NCBI GenBank assembly: GCA_904387055.1
Contig: CAJFKV010000003.1
Location: 17,499-81,498, forward strand
Direction of reading: 5' to 3'
Origin: Candidatus Heteroruminococcus faecigallinarum
Lineage (GTDB): Bacteria; Bacillota; Clostridia; Oscillospirales; Ruminococcaceae
DNA: 64,000 nucleotides
Positions within the stretch are counted from its first letter, which is position 1. Each line of letters starts with the position of its first letter. Under the pieces are notes generated by a model. It searched no databases and was not told where the DNA came from. It worked only from the letters and a program-made list of their open reading frames with translations. Positions 8,579-18,217 of this stretch are shown in pieces. Both the position numbers and the translations under genes were made by a program.

Positions 8579-9715
8579 ATGAAAGCATTGTGGCGCCGCC
8601 TGTTTGTTGCCGTGGGCGGCTATATCCGGGCAACCGACCGGTATTTGTGGGCCATTGCCCTCACCCTTTCCGGCATCAGCGTCCTGCTCTTGCTGGGGCT
8701 TTTGAATACCGGCTACGCCACCAGGACCCAGCTGGCCACCCAGCTGATCGCCGCCTGCATGGGGATCGCCGCTGCCGTTATTCTGTCCAATCTGGATTAT
8801 CATGTTCTTGCCGGATTATGGAAGCTGTACATGCCGGCCTGCCTGCTGCTGGTGCTGCTCACCTTTACCCCCCTGGGGGTGGTGCGGGGGGACGACCAGG
8901 CCTGGCTCTCCATCCCGGTGATCAACTACACCATCCAGCCGTCGGAATTTCTCAAGCTGGCCTTTATCTTCACCTTTTCCCTTCATCTGGAGCGGGTGAG
9001 GGGGGAGGTCAACAAGATTCCCAACCTGGTGAAGCTGTGTATCCACGGGGCGATCCCGGTCCTCCTCATCCACCTGCAGGGGGACGACGGCTCGGCCATG
9101 ATCTTCCTGTTCATCTTCGTCTGCATGATCTTTGCCGCCGGGCTGGATATCAAGTATATCCTGTGGGCGGCGGGCGCGGCGGTGCTTGTCGCCCCGCTGG
9201 TGTGGTTCTTTGTCTTGACCGAGGATCAGAAAGAACGATTTTTGATCTTTACCAATCCGGCCTCCGACCCCACCGGCAAGGGCTGGCAGCAGTACCAGGG
9301 GCTGCTGGCCATCGGCTCGGGGGGCGTGTCCGGCACGGGGATCTTCAGCGGCCAGCATGTCTATGTGGGCGAGGCACGCAACGACTTTATCTTTACCTTC
9401 CTGGCCGAATCCCTGGGCTTTCTGGGCTGCCTGGGGTTGATCGCCCTGTTTATGGCTCTGTGCATCAAGATCCTGTGGAACAGCACCCGGGCGGAGGATC
9501 CCCTGGGCCAGTTCCTTTGTGTGGGGGTCTTTGCCATGATTGCCTTCCAGGTCATCATCAACCTGGGGATGTGCCTCAGCGTCCTGCCGGTGATCGGGGT
9601 TACCCTGCCCCTCCTCTCCTCCGGCGGCACCTCGGTGCTCACCGTGTATATCTCCCTTGGAATTGTGCTGAGCGTGTACCACCGAAGCCGGATCAACATG
9701 TTTATCGATACCTGA
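8579..9715 (+). CDS. FtsW/RodA/SpoVE (SEDS) family peptidoglycan polymerase
   Basis: 378-aa polytopic membrane protein with blocks ...QPSEFLKLAF...GDDGSAMIF...GTGIFSGQ...LPVIGVTLPLLSSGGTS. Confidence 0.88.
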   Translation: MKALWRRLFVAVGGYIRATDRYLWAIALTLSGISVLLLLGLLNTGYATRTQLATQLIAACMGIAAAVILSNLDYHVLAGLWKLYMPACLLLVLLTFTPLGVVRGDDQAWLSIPVINYTIQPSEFLKLAFIFTFSLHLERVRGEVNKIPNLVKLCIHGAIPVLLIHLQGDDGSAMIFLFIFVCMIFAAGLDIKYILWAAGAAVLVAPLVWFFVLTEDQKERFLIFTNPASDPTGKGWQQYQGLLAIGSGGVSGTGIFSGQHVYVGEARNDFIFTFLAESLGFLGCLGLIALFMALCIKILWNSTRAEDPLGQFLCVGVFAMIAFQVIINLGMCLSVLPVIGVTLPLLSSGGTSVLTVYISLGIVLSVYHRSRINMFIDT

Positions 9716-9765
9716 CCCATACCAAAACGTCCCCAGGCTCCTGCCCGGGGACGTTTTGGTATGGG
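9716..9765. terminator. bidirectional hairpin between the convergent SEDS gene and gltX
   Basis: 19-bp arms CCCATACCAAAACGTCCCC and GGGGACGTTTTGGTATGGG. Confidence 0.65.
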
Positions 9766-9776
9766 AAGAAAGGGGG

Positions 9777-11234
9777 TTACCGGCTCAGCTTTTCAATGGC
9801 GGACCGGATGCGGGCCAGAGACTCCTCCTTGCCCAGCACGGCGCACAGCTCGATGCCGCCGCCGGGGGTGAACTGCTTGCCGCTGACCGCCACCCGCACC
9901 GGCCACAGCAGATAGCCGTTCTTGCAGCCCAGCTGGCCGATCAGCTCAAAGAGGGCGTTGTGGATGCCGTCCACGGTGAAATCCTCCAGCTGCTCCAGGC
10001 AGGGGAGCACCTTCTGCAGCACCTCCAGGGAGGTGGCCTGGTTGGTCTTCATCTTCTTGCTGACAAACAGCTCGTCCGAATACTCCGGAAGGGCGTCGAT
10101 GAAATCCACCTGGTCCGGGATATCCCCCAGCACCTCGCACCGGGCCTGCAGGACGGTGGACAGCAGGCGCAGGTCGGCGGTCTCGCTCTTCACCGTGCGG
10201 CGCATCCAGGGGAGGGCGGCCTGGTAAAAGTCCTCGGGGGAGAGGCGGCGGATATATTCGCCGTTGATGTAGTTGAGCTTCTGGGTGTCGAAGATGGCGG
10301 GCGATTTGGAGATGCCGGCCACGTCAAACTCCTTCACCAGCTCCTCCAGGGTGAAGATTTCGTTGTCCCCCTTGGGACTCCAGCCCAGGAGGGCAATGTA
10401 GTTGAGGATGGCGTCCTTCAGGTATCCTTTTTCCACCAGGTCCTGGTAGGAGGCGTCCCCGTTGCGCTTGGACAGCTTCTGGGTGGCGTTCTTCATCACC
10501 GGGCTGCAGTGGATGTACTTGGGGATGGGCCAGCCGAAGGCCTCGTAGAGCAGGTTGTACTTGGGGGTGGAGGACAGGTACTCGTTGCCCCGGATCACCA
10601 CGTTGATTCCCATCAGGTGGTCGTCCACTACATTGGCGAAGTTATAGGTGGCCATCCCGTCCGCCTTGATGAGGATCTGATCGTCCAGGGTGGAGTTCTC
10701 CACCGTAATGTCCCCGAAGACCTCGTCGTGGAAGGTGGTGGTGCCCTCGGTGGGGACCTTCTGCCGGATGACGTAGGGAACGCCGGCGGCCAGCTTCTCG
10801 GCCACCTCCTCCGGGGAGAGGTTGCGGCAGTGCCCGTCATACTTGGTGGGCATGCCCGAGGCGGACTGGACCCGCTTGGCCTCCTCCAGCCGCTCCTTGT
10901 CACAGAAGCAGTAATAGGCGGCGCCCTTCTTGATCAGCTCTTCCGCATAGGCCTTGTGGATGCCCATCCGCTCCGACTGGACGTAGGGCCCCACCGGGCC
11001 GCCGATGTCCGGCCCCTCGTCCCACTGGAGGCCGGTTTCCCGCAGGGTGTTGTAGATGATGTCCACCGCCCCTTCCACATAGCGGCCCTGGTCGGTATCC
11101 TCGATCCGCAGGATGAACCGGCCGTCCTGGCTCTTGGCCAGCAGGTAGGCGTAGAGAGCGGTGCGCAGGTTGCCCACGTGCATGTAGCCGGTGGGGCTGG
11201 GGGCAAACCGGGTGCGGATATAGTTGAACTCCAT
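9777..11234 (-). CDS. gltX: glutamate--tRNA ligase
   Basis: [26 protein letters not shown]... with KLSKRNG. ATG at 11234 is preferred over the track TTG at 11252. Confidence 0.95.
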   Translation of the reverse strand: MEFNYIRTRFAPSPTGYMHVGNLRTALYAYLLAKSQDGRFILRIEDTDQGRYVEGAVDIIYNTLRETGLQWDEGPDIGGPVGPYVQSERMGIHKAYAEELIKKGAAYYCFCDKERLEEAKRVQSASGMPTKYDGHCRNLSPEEVAEKLAAGVPYVIRQKVPTEGTTTFHDEVFGDITVENSTLDDQILIKADGMATYNFANVVDDHLMGINVVIRGNEYLSSTPKYNLLYEAFGWPIPKYIHCSPVMKNATQKLSKRNGDASYQDLVEKGYLKDAILNYIALLGWSPKGDNEIFTLEELVKEFDVAGISKSPAIFDTQKLNYINGEYIRRLSPEDFYQAALPWMRRTVKSETADLRLLSTVLQARCEVLGDIPDQVDFIDALPEYSDELFVSKKMKTNQATSLEVLQKVLPCLEQLEDFTVDGIHNALFELIGQLGCKNGYLLWPVRVAVSGKQFTPGGGIELCAVLGKEESLARIRSAIEKLSR

Positions 11235-11486
11235 GATGTTGTTGACCTCCAATTTTTCTCGGCAGTTTGGACCATCTGGGGAGAGAGATTCCCCAGGAAT
11301 ACAGACACTTCTATACTACCCCCCTCCCAGGGAATTGTCAAGGGAGACGGGGAAATCCGTCCCCGGGGGCCGGTTTTCCTTGTAAAGCCCATCCCCCTTA
11401 TGGTAAAGTAAAGGCAGAAACGGCGCAGAGGGAGGAAGCGCTCTGCTGCCGGAGAGCCTGGCGGAAGCAGGAAAGGAGGAAGCGGG

Positions 11487-12368
11487 ATGAAACGGAGACG
11501 CTGTACTGTCTGGATGGTGGGGGTGCTGCTGTTGGCGGCGCTGTGGCCTATGGCAGTATTTGCCGACATGGGACCCAAGCCTTCGGTGACGGTTGCCGTT
11601 GCCGGCGGGGAAGGGCAGGCATATTACGGTACCCTCCTGTCCCAAACGGCCTCCACCGGCCCTGCCTCCGCCTGGGATGGAAGGAGCGACTATTCCCAGT
11701 GCTGGCAGTACGGCCAGTGGGGGGAAGAGGGCCGGCCGGTGTGGGAGGCGTTCGTCCGCTACCAGGACCCGGACGGGTTCTATTTCCTGCAGGAGTGGTG
11801 GGACTGTACCCAGACCCAGTCCTTCGCCTGGACCTACTACCCCCCGTCCACCTTCAAGGTGCTCCTGTATTTTCCCCAGGAGGAGCGGTTCCTGGTAAGC
11901 CCGGTCTGCCAGACCTACGCCTTTGACAGCCACTTTACCGTCCAGCTGCCGGAAGGGGAGGGGGAGCTCCTCACGGTAACCGCCAGCTACCAGTATGGGT
12001 GGGAGGCGGTCTCCCTGGTGGTCCGGTACCTGCTCACCTTCCTGGTGGAGATGGGGGTGGCCCTCCTCTTCGGGTACCGTGGCCGGAGGGCGCTGGCGGT
12101 GCTGGCGGTGGTTAACGGAGCCACCCAGCTGGGGCTGAACCTGGCCCTGGGATGGGTGAACTATGCCGCCGGGTCGATGGCCTTTGTGGGGGCCTACATC
12201 CTGCTGGAGCTGGCCGTGTTTGGGGTGGAAGCGGCGGTGTATGCCAGAACGCTGCCCCGGCGGGGCTTTGGCGGAAAAGGAAGGGCGGTCTGCTACAGCC
12301 TGGCGGCCAACGGGGTCTCCTTTGCCCTGGGCCTGTGGCTGGCCAGGGTGATTCCCGGCATCTTCTGA
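11487..12368 (+). CDS. hypothetical secreted-domain/membrane protein (signal peptide, Trp/Tyr-rich ectodomain, C-terminal multi-TM block)
   Basis: RBS AAGGAGG. MKRRRCTVWMVGVLLLAALWPMAVFA then DMGPKPSVTV...; the C-terminal ~120 aa is hydrophobic (about 4 helices). No family recognised. Confidence 0.6.
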   Translation: MKRRRCTVWMVGVLLLAALWPMAVFADMGPKPSVTVAVAGGEGQAYYGTLLSQTASTGPASAWDGRSDYSQCWQYGQWGEEGRPVWEAFVRYQDPDGFYFLQEWWDCTQTQSFAWTYYPPSTFKVLLYFPQEERFLVSPVCQTYAFDSHFTVQLPEGEGELLTVTASYQYGWEAVSLVVRYLLTFLVEMGVALLFGYRGRRALAVLAVVNGATQLGLNLALGWVNYAAGSMAFVGAYILLELAVFGVEAAVYARTLPRRGFGGKGRAVCYSLAANGVSFALGLWLARVIPGIF

Positions 12369-12383
12369 AGGGAGGGAGAGAGG

Positions 12384-12557
12384 ATGGAGATTTTTCGGCT
12401 TCTGCTCTTTTTGGCGTCGGTTGTCTGCGCCCTTTGTTCCCAGCGGATCGATCGGGCGGTCCAGGGGAAGGGTGTCGTCCAGCGGGTGATCCTGGTCTTT
12501 GCAGGCGGCGTCTGGCTGGTGCTGCTGCTGGCGGCGCTGGCTCCCCTGTTGTGGTAA
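12384..12557 (+). CDS. 57-aa two-helix membrane peptide (hypothetical)
   Basis: Below the track size cut-off. Purine-rich RBS-like tract GGGAGAGAGG ending 1 nt before the ATG at 12384 (short spacing). MEIFRLLLFLASVVCALCSQRIDRAVQGKGVVQRVILVFAGGVWLVLLLAALAPLLW. Confidence 0.4.
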   Translation: MEIFRLLLFLASVVCALCSQRIDRAVQGKGVVQRVILVFAGGVWLVLLLAALAPLLW

Positions 12558-12767
12558 ACGAGGAAGCAAGTTTTCCGGCAGAGGAGAGGAGATTTCGGCC
12601 CCGAGGAGGATTTCCCCGGGGCGTTTTTGCGCCCGGTTTCCGCCTAAGCGGCGGGAAGGGACCGCTTTTCCCAAAAGGCGACGTCTGGGAATGACAGGAT
12701 TTTCCATGCAGGAGGGGATAGAATACCCGTAGAACAATCCGCCGGGACAAGCCCTGGCGGGAAAAGG

Positions 12768-15092
12768 GTGAATGCAATGAAAAACTCCACGGAATTTGTG
12801 GGGCTGAGGCTGGGGGACCGGCTCTCCCGGCTGGCCGCCTCCAACCATCCCCTCCTCGTTTGGTTTGCTGCCCTGGGACTGGGGTTCCTGCTGGCCCAGG
12901 GACGAATCCTGGGGGAGGGAACCTCCTTCGGCCTGGCGGCGGTGGCCGCCTGCAGCCACGCCCTGACCCTTCCCACTGCCGCCGGCGCCATGGCCGGTTA
13001 CCTGGTGGGACAGGGACTGGCCGACCGGGTGGGATTCCTGGTCGCCGCCTTCCTGATGGCGGTGGGAAAGATTGCCGTGGGGGAGGAGCGGTGGAAGGAG
13101 CTCCCCGTGTGGGCGGCCCCTGCCCTGGCGGGGACAGGGGCTGTGGTCAGCTCTCTGGCGGGAATCTGGGCCAGCGGCACAGGGTACGACTGGGCGCTGA
13201 TGGTTTCCCGCCTTCTGCTGGCGGCGGTGGGGTGCTATTTCCTCCTGTCGGTTCAGGCCAGCGCCCGGGCCGGGTTCCGCTTGCTGGGGCGGCTGGAATG
13301 GATTGCTGCCGCCGTTTGTGCCGCCATGGTGGTTTCCGGGCTGGCCCAGCTGACGGTGGGGCCGGTTTCCCTGGGGCGGACCGCCGCCATCCTCCTGGTG
13401 CTGGTGGCCGCCCGGGTGTCCGGCGTCCAGGGGGGCGCGGTGGCCGGGGTGGCCGCCGGGTTTGCCATGGGGTTTGTCAGCGGGGAGTTTTCCCTTTACA
13501 TTACCGCCTACGGCCTGGGAGGGCTGCTGGCGGGGGTCTTCGCAGGAATGGGCCGCCTGGGAGCGGCGGGGGCCTTTGCCGTGACCAACGGTTTTTTGGT
13601 ATTGGTTACCTATCCCAGAGGGGAGCTCTCCCCCCTGCTGGAGGCCTTTGCCGCCACGGTTCTCTTCATGGTGCTGCCGGGGAGTCTCCTTCGCCGGGCG
13701 GAGGCGTTCCTGCTGCCCGGCGCCGGCGAGGAGAGCAGCTCGGTCAAGCGGGTGGTGGCGGCGTCCCTTGGGGCGACGGTCGCCGCCCTGGACGAGATCA
13801 GTCAGGTGACCCAGCAGGTGTCCGGACAGCTGGAAAAGCTGAGCGGCCCTCCCGCCGCCCCCGGCCCCGACCGGGCGGTGGAGACAGTCTGCCGCCGGTG
13901 CTCCAGCCGGCTCACCTGCTGGCAGCGGCGGTATGACGACACGGCCGACGGCCTCTCCAAGGCGGTTGCCCAGCTGCGGATGGAGGGCCGGGTGGACCCG
14001 GAGGCCCTGCCGGAGCCATTCCGGGAGCGGTGTGTCCGCCTTCCCCAGCTGCTGGGGGAGCTGGAAAAGGAGTACGCCGCCTACACCGCCGGGGAAGGCA
14101 CCCGGCGGAAGGTATCCCAGGTACGGTCGGCGGTGACCGACCAGTTCCGGGGGATGGCCATGTTCCTCTCCGGGCTGGAGCGCCAGGTAGAGGAGATTGC
14201 CTCCGGGGACCCGGCCGCCACCCAGCGGCTGCGGGAATATTTGAAGGCGCGGATGCTGGAGCCCCTGTGGGCGGTGTGCTACACCGACCGGGGACGGCGG
14301 CTGTGGGTAAAGGCCTGCATCCCTCTCTACAAAAAGGCCCGCCTGGATGTGGAGGAGCTGACCCTGGAGCTGTCCGACCTGCTGGACCGGGATCTGGAAC
14401 GCCCCCGGGTCTCCCAGCTGGAGGGAAAGGTGATCCTTACCTTTTCGGAAAAAGCGGAGCTGACCGCCGTTTTTGGTTCCTATCAGATCACCTGCGGCGG
14501 GGAAAACCTGTGCGGGGACAGCTTCCGCACCTTTGTCACCGACGGGGTGACCGCCCACCTGATCCTGTCCGACGGGATGGGCAGCGGCGGCGCGGCGGCG
14601 GTGGATTCGGCCATGGCGGCGGGGCTCATTGCCCGGCTGGCCCAGGCGGGGGTGGATTACGACTCGGCCCTGCGGCTGGTGAACTCGGCCCTGCTGGTGA
14701 AATCGGGGGAGGAATCCCTGGCCACGGTGGACGTGACCTCCATCGACCTGCACACCGGCCGGGCTTCCTTTTACAAGGCGGGGGCCGCCCCCACCATCCT
14801 CCGGAAGGGGGGACGGGGCGGGAGCGTGGAATCCGCCTCCCTGCCCGCCGGGATCTTGAAAGGGGTGGACTTTGAGAAGAGCACCCTGGCCCTCCACCCG
14901 GGGGACCTGGTGGTGATGCTCTCGGATGGCGTGTGTGCTTCCGGGGTGGACTGGATTGTCAGCATGGTGGAGCATTGGGAAGGGGAAGATCCCGATCAGC
15001 TTTGCCGCCAATTGGCCGAGACCGCCCGCTTGCGGCGGAACGACGGCCGGGAGGACGATATTACCGTCCTTTGCTGCATCCTCCAGCGATAG
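12768..15092 (+). CDS. spoIIE: stage II sporulation protein E (PP2C phosphatase)
   Basis: 774 aa. About 10 N-terminal TM helices and a C-terminal PP2C domain with SDGMGSGGAAAVDS and MLSDGV. The start may be the ATG at 12777. Confidence 0.92.
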   Translation: MNAMKNSTEFVGLRLGDRLSRLAASNHPLLVWFAALGLGFLLAQGRILGEGTSFGLAAVAACSHALTLPTAAGAMAGYLVGQGLADRVGFLVAAFLMAVGKIAVGEERWKELPVWAAPALAGTGAVVSSLAGIWASGTGYDWALMVSRLLLAAVGCYFLLSVQASARAGFRLLGRLEWIAAAVCAAMVVSGLAQLTVGPVSLGRTAAILLVLVAARVSGVQGGAVAGVAAGFAMGFVSGEFSLYITAYGLGGLLAGVFAGMGRLGAAGAFAVTNGFLVLVTYPRGELSPLLEAFAATVLFMVLPGSLLRRAEAFLLPGAGEESSSVKRVVAASLGATVAALDEISQVTQQVSGQLEKLSGPPAAPGPDRAVETVCRRCSSRLTCWQRRYDDTADGLSKAVAQLRMEGRVDPEALPEPFRERCVRLPQLLGELEKEYAAYTAGEGTRRKVSQVRSAVTDQFRGMAMFLSGLERQVEEIASGDPAATQRLREYLKARMLEPLWAVCYTDRGRRLWVKACIPLYKKARLDVEELTLELSDLLDRDLERPRVSQLEGKVILTFSEKAELTAVFGSYQITCGGENLCGDSFRTFVTDGVTAHLILSDGMGSGGAAAVDSAMAAGLIARLAQAGVDYDSALRLVNSALLVKSGEESLATVDVTSIDLHTGRASFYKAGAAPTILRKGGRGGSVESASLPAGILKGVDFEKSTLALHPGDLVVMLSDGVCASGVDWIVSMVEHWEGEDPDQLCRQLAETARLRRNDGREDDITVLCCILQR

Positions 15093-15200
15093 CCCCGTTT
15101 TCCATAGATGACGTTTCGTCTCCTTCCTCAGATTCTCAACAGCAGAACCAGGGGTCCCGGTCCGGCCGGAACCCCTGGTTCTGTTTTTTCTTCCAAGGGG

Positions 15201-15260
15201 TTGACAAAGGTGATCTGTCTGTATATACTGTTATCATAACAAGCATAACAGTTATAACAG
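15201..15260 (+). promoter_or_regulatory. promoter plus repeated ATAACAG/CTGTTAT operator heptamers (YtrA-type autoregulation site)
   Basis: TTGACA (15201-15206), 17-nt spacer, TATACT (15224-15229). CTGTTAT-C-ATAACAa at 15228-15242. Palindrome ATAACAGTTAT at 15245-15255. ATAACAG again at 15254-15260. Confidence 0.65.
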
Positions 15261-15271
15261 GAGGTGGGAAG

Positions 15272-15655
15272 GTGAAGCTGTTGCTCTCCAATACATCCGG
15301 CGTCCCCATCTATGAACAGCTGAAGGCGCAGATCAAGGAAGCGATCCTGTCGGGGGAGCTGGCGGAGGGGGAGGCCCTGCCCTCCCTCCGGCAGCTGGCC
15401 AAGGACCTGCGGATCAGCGTCCTGACGGTGACCAGGGCCTATACCCAGCTGGAGCAGGAGGGATTTGTGACCAACGTCCAGGGCAAGGGCTGCTACGTCC
15501 TCTCCCGGGACAACGGGATGATCCGGGAACAGCTGCTCCGGACGGTGGAGCAGCATCTGGAGCAGGGGGTCCGGGCGGCCCGGACCGCCGGCCTGTCGTG
15601 GGAAGAACTGGTGTCGATGCTGCAAGGGCAGTGGGAGGAAGAAAGCCATGAATGA
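15272..15655 (+). CDS. GntR-family (YtrA-subfamily) transcriptional regulator
   Basis: GTG start after GGAGGTGGGAAG. PIYEQLKAQIKEAILSGELAEGEALPSLRQLAKDLRISVLTVTRAYTQLEQEGFV. The short C-terminal domain is typical of YtrA. Confidence 0.88.
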   Translation: MKLLLSNTSGVPIYEQLKAQIKEAILSGELAEGEALPSLRQLAKDLRISVLTVTRAYTQLEQEGFVTNVQGKGCYVLSRDNGMIREQLLRTVEQHLEQGVRAARTAGLSWEELVSMLQGQWEEESHE

Positions 15656-16496
15656 TATTCTCAGGGTAAACAATCTGGCCAAGCGGTACCCTTCGTTTTC
15701 CCTGGAGGGGATCACGCTGGACCTGCCGGCCGGATACATTATGGGCCTCATCGGGGAAAACGGAGCAGGAAAGACCACCCTGATCCGCACCATCCTGGGG
15801 ATGGTGCAGGCGGACGAGGGGACGGTGGAGCTGCTGGGTCGCCCTGTGGACAAGGAAGTCCTGTCCCAGGTAGGGGTGGTGTTTGACCAGTCCCACCTGG
15901 TGGAGGAGTGGAAGGTGGCCGAGGCGGAGAAGGCGCTCATGGCCTTCTATCCCCAGTGGGACCGGGAGACCTTCCGGCGCTGTTTGGAGCGGTTTGCCAT
16001 CTCCCCCGGCAAGAAGGTGAAGGAGCTGTCCCGAGGGATGCAGACCAAGCTGTCGCTGAGCATGGCCCTCTCCCACCGGGCGCGGCTGCTGATTCTGGAC
16101 GAACCCACCAGCGGCCTGGACCCGGCCTCCCGGGACGAGCTGATGGAGCTGCTGGCCGACTACATTCTGGACGGGGAGAAGAGCGTGCTCTTCTCCACCC
16201 ACATCACCGCGGACCTGGAACGGGGGGCGGATTTTATCACCTACCTGCACCGGGGCCAGCTGTTGTACACCGGCCCCAAGGAGGAACTGATGGAGAGCTT
16301 CTGCCTGGTGCGGGGGGAGAAGGAGGCCTTTGTTCCCAGAGTGAAGGAGCGGGTAATCGGCCTGCGGCGGTATGGCAGCGGGTACGAAGGGCTTCTCCGG
16401 GCGGAGGATGTGGGGCTGCTGCCCCCGTCCATCCAGCGGGAGCGGGTGACCATCGACCAGATTATGGTGTTTGTAGGAAAGGAGGAGCTGGCATGA
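15648..16496 (+). CDS. ABC transporter ATP-binding protein
   Basis: Walker A GENGAGKTT, signature LSRGMQTKLSL, Walker B LLILDEPTSGLD. Overlaps the regulator stop. Confidence 0.93.
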   Translation: MNDILRVNNLAKRYPSFSLEGITLDLPAGYIMGLIGENGAGKTTLIRTILGMVQADEGTVELLGRPVDKEVLSQVGVVFDQSHLVEEWKVAEAEKALMAFYPQWDRETFRRCLERFAISPGKKVKELSRGMQTKLSLSMALSHRARLLILDEPTSGLDPASRDELMELLADYILDGEKSVLFSTHITADLERGADFITYLHRGQLLYTGPKEELMESFCLVRGEKEAFVPRVKERVIGLRRYGSGYEGLLRAEDVGLLPPSIQRERVTIDQIMVFVGKEELA

Positions 16497-17155
16497 GGGG
16501 AACGCTGTGCTGCTGCCGGTTCGACTATTATCAGCTGCTGGCCTACCGCAAGAGCATGCTGTTTTTTCTGCTGTACCCGGCATTGATGGCGTTTTTTACC
16601 GGCGAAGCCATGAGCGGGGTGACCTTTGTGGGGATCATGTCCATCATGACGGTGGGATACGCCTTTTCCATTGAGGAGCGGTACCACACCGACCGGCTGG
16701 CCCTCCCGGTGGACCGGAAAGCCAAGGTGCGGGGACGGTATCTGTTTACGGTGGGGCTGATTGTGGCGATCAGCCTGCTTGGGCCGGTGGAGGGGATCCT
16801 CTTGTCGGTGCTGATGGACCAGCCGCTGGACCTGGCCGCCGCGCTGGGGCTGTGGCTGGCGACGGTGCTGGCGGTGCTGATCCTGGCCTCCTTCCAGCTG
16901 CCGGTCTTCTTCAAGGTGGGGTATATGAAGGGGCGGTATGTGGCGGTGATCCCCTTTATGCTGTGCTGCCTGTCGGTGCCGCTCCTTCTGGAGCTGCTGC
17001 GGGACGAGGGGACCCGGGCCGTTTTGGAGAAGACGGTCCACCAGATCCTGGGGAACCCCTTGTTCCTGCTGGCCGCGCTGGGGGTGGGGGCCATCCTGGC
17101 CCTGGGAGTTTCCTATCGGATATCGACGCGGCTGTACAGCCGCCGGGAGTTATGA
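16493..17155 (+). CDS. ABC-2 type transporter permease
   Basis: ATGA overlap with the ATPase gene. 220-aa protein with about 6 TM helices (MRGTLCCCRFDYYQLLAYRKSMLFFLLYP...). Confidence 0.75.
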   Translation: MRGTLCCCRFDYYQLLAYRKSMLFFLLYPALMAFFTGEAMSGVTFVGIMSIMTVGYAFSIEERYHTDRLALPVDRKAKVRGRYLFTVGLIVAISLLGPVEGILLSVLMDQPLDLAAALGLWLATVLAVLILASFQLPVFFKVGYMKGRYVAVIPFMLCCLSVPLLLELLRDEGTRAVLEKTVHQILGNPLFLLAALGVGAILALGVSYRISTRLYSRREL

Positions 17156-17448
17156 AGGGAGGCGCCGCCCGGCCCCTGGGAGCCGTTCTGGGGGCGGCCC
17201 TTCTCCTGGCAGGGTGCCGCGGACCGGGCTTGCCGGCAGGAACGTACACCACGCCGGACGGGCGCTGGGAGCTGGCGGTGGAGCCGCCGCAGGGATTGGG
17301 GGGCGGTTCCGGCCGGATTGTACTGGTCCTTCCCAATGGGGAGGAGCGGGTTTTTCAGGTGGAGGGGAACAGCCCGCTGTTCTGGGAAGGGGAATCGCCG
17401 CAGGGCGGATCCGGGTACAGAGATTCTGGCTGGAAGAAGACACAATAA
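17152..17448 (+). CDS. small putative lipoprotein
   Basis: ATGA overlap with the permease gene. MKGGAARPLGAVLGAALLLAGC lipobox. Confidence 0.55.
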   Translation: MKGGAARPLGAVLGAALLLAGCRGPGLPAGTYTTPDGRWELAVEPPQGLGGGSGRIVLVLPNGEERVFQVEGNSPLFWEGESPQGGSGYRDSGWKKTQ

Positions 17449-17507
17449 GAAGGCTCCGGGGGAGGAACAGGGCATTGGGTACCCTGTCCCTATCCCGGAG
17501 CCTTCTT
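17447..17507 (+). terminator. long nested hairpin ending the YtrA-ABC operon
   Basis: 14-bp outer arms AAGAAGGCTCCGGG and CCCGGAGCCTTCTT with an inner ACAGGG/CCCTGT stem. No clear U-tract. Confidence 0.45.
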
Positions 17508-17692
17508 GCCTGCCGCAGCGGGTTTTAAAATCTGCGGGGGCAGGGGATTTTTTCTACACCTGAAAACGGGTGGAGGGCACAAAAGCCCGGAGAAGCCTGC
17601 TGGATTTGGGAAACCAGCTGCCGGACGACCGGATAGCAGCCGTAGGCGCTTTTGAGGAGCAGAGGGCGACAATTCCCCGAGGAGAGTCGTCT

Positions 17693-17980
17693 TCAATGGG
17701 GATTCCCACCAGTTGACCGCTCTGTACCCTTTGTACCGCTGTGCCGGCTGGCCATTGCGGAATGCCCCTGCTTTGCTTCCCTATTGATTCTCTCGCCCTC
17801 CCTGGGCGCGAGGCGGATGCCGCTGCTGGAACGGGAAACCAAGGCGACCCCCAGTTCTTCCTCCAGCAGATGAAGGGTTTTGGTCAGGCTGGGCTGGGAC
17901 AGATAGAGCTGGCGGGCGGCCTTGCTGATCGACCCCGCCTCCACCAAAGCGACAAAATAGGCCAAAGACTGAATTTTCAT
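17693..17980 (-). pseudogene. LysR-family regulator remnant (HTH domain only)
   Basis: MKIQSLAYFVALVEAGSISKAARQLYLSQPSLTKTLHLLEEELGVALVSRSSSGIRL... is a typical LysR winged HTH. The frame then decays and stops at 95 aa. No ~200-aa effector domain follows. Confidence 0.7.
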
Positions 17981-18130
17981 TGCCGCTGCCCCCTTTTGTA
18001 GGCCGTTGCCTTCAATAAGAAAGTGGGACGTCCACCCAAACGGTTCTGTACGGGATGATTACGCCCCATAGATTTTTTTCATGCTGCTCAATTTTTCTGT
18101 ATTTTACAAATTCAAACGAATATGTTAAAC

Positions 18131-18148
18131 TAATTATAACGATAATTA
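18131..18148. promoter_or_regulatory. AT-rich palindrome (LysR T-N11-A-like box) in the divergent intergenic region
   Basis: TAATTAT-AACG-ATAATTA with perfect 7-bp arms, between the LysR remnant and the UroD-like gene. Confidence 0.4.
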
Positions 18149-18217
18149 ACGGAGGTTTCAAGACGAGCCCGTTAATTTGAAAGCACTGATCAAAATACTG
18201 AAAAGGAGCGAGCAGTT

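Noticed and set aside
11316-15011. 1231-aa minus-strand ORF, the longest in the track
   Set aside because: It is antisense to spoIIE and its neighbours. The translation is Pro/Gly/Arg/His-rich low complexity with no motifs, which is typical of open antisense frames in GC-rich DNA. The same applies to 34066..37323(-), 39994..42591(-), 43677..46148(-), 21845..24163(-), 32181..34568(-), 1045..2829(+), 9756..11411(+) and 26305..27981(-).
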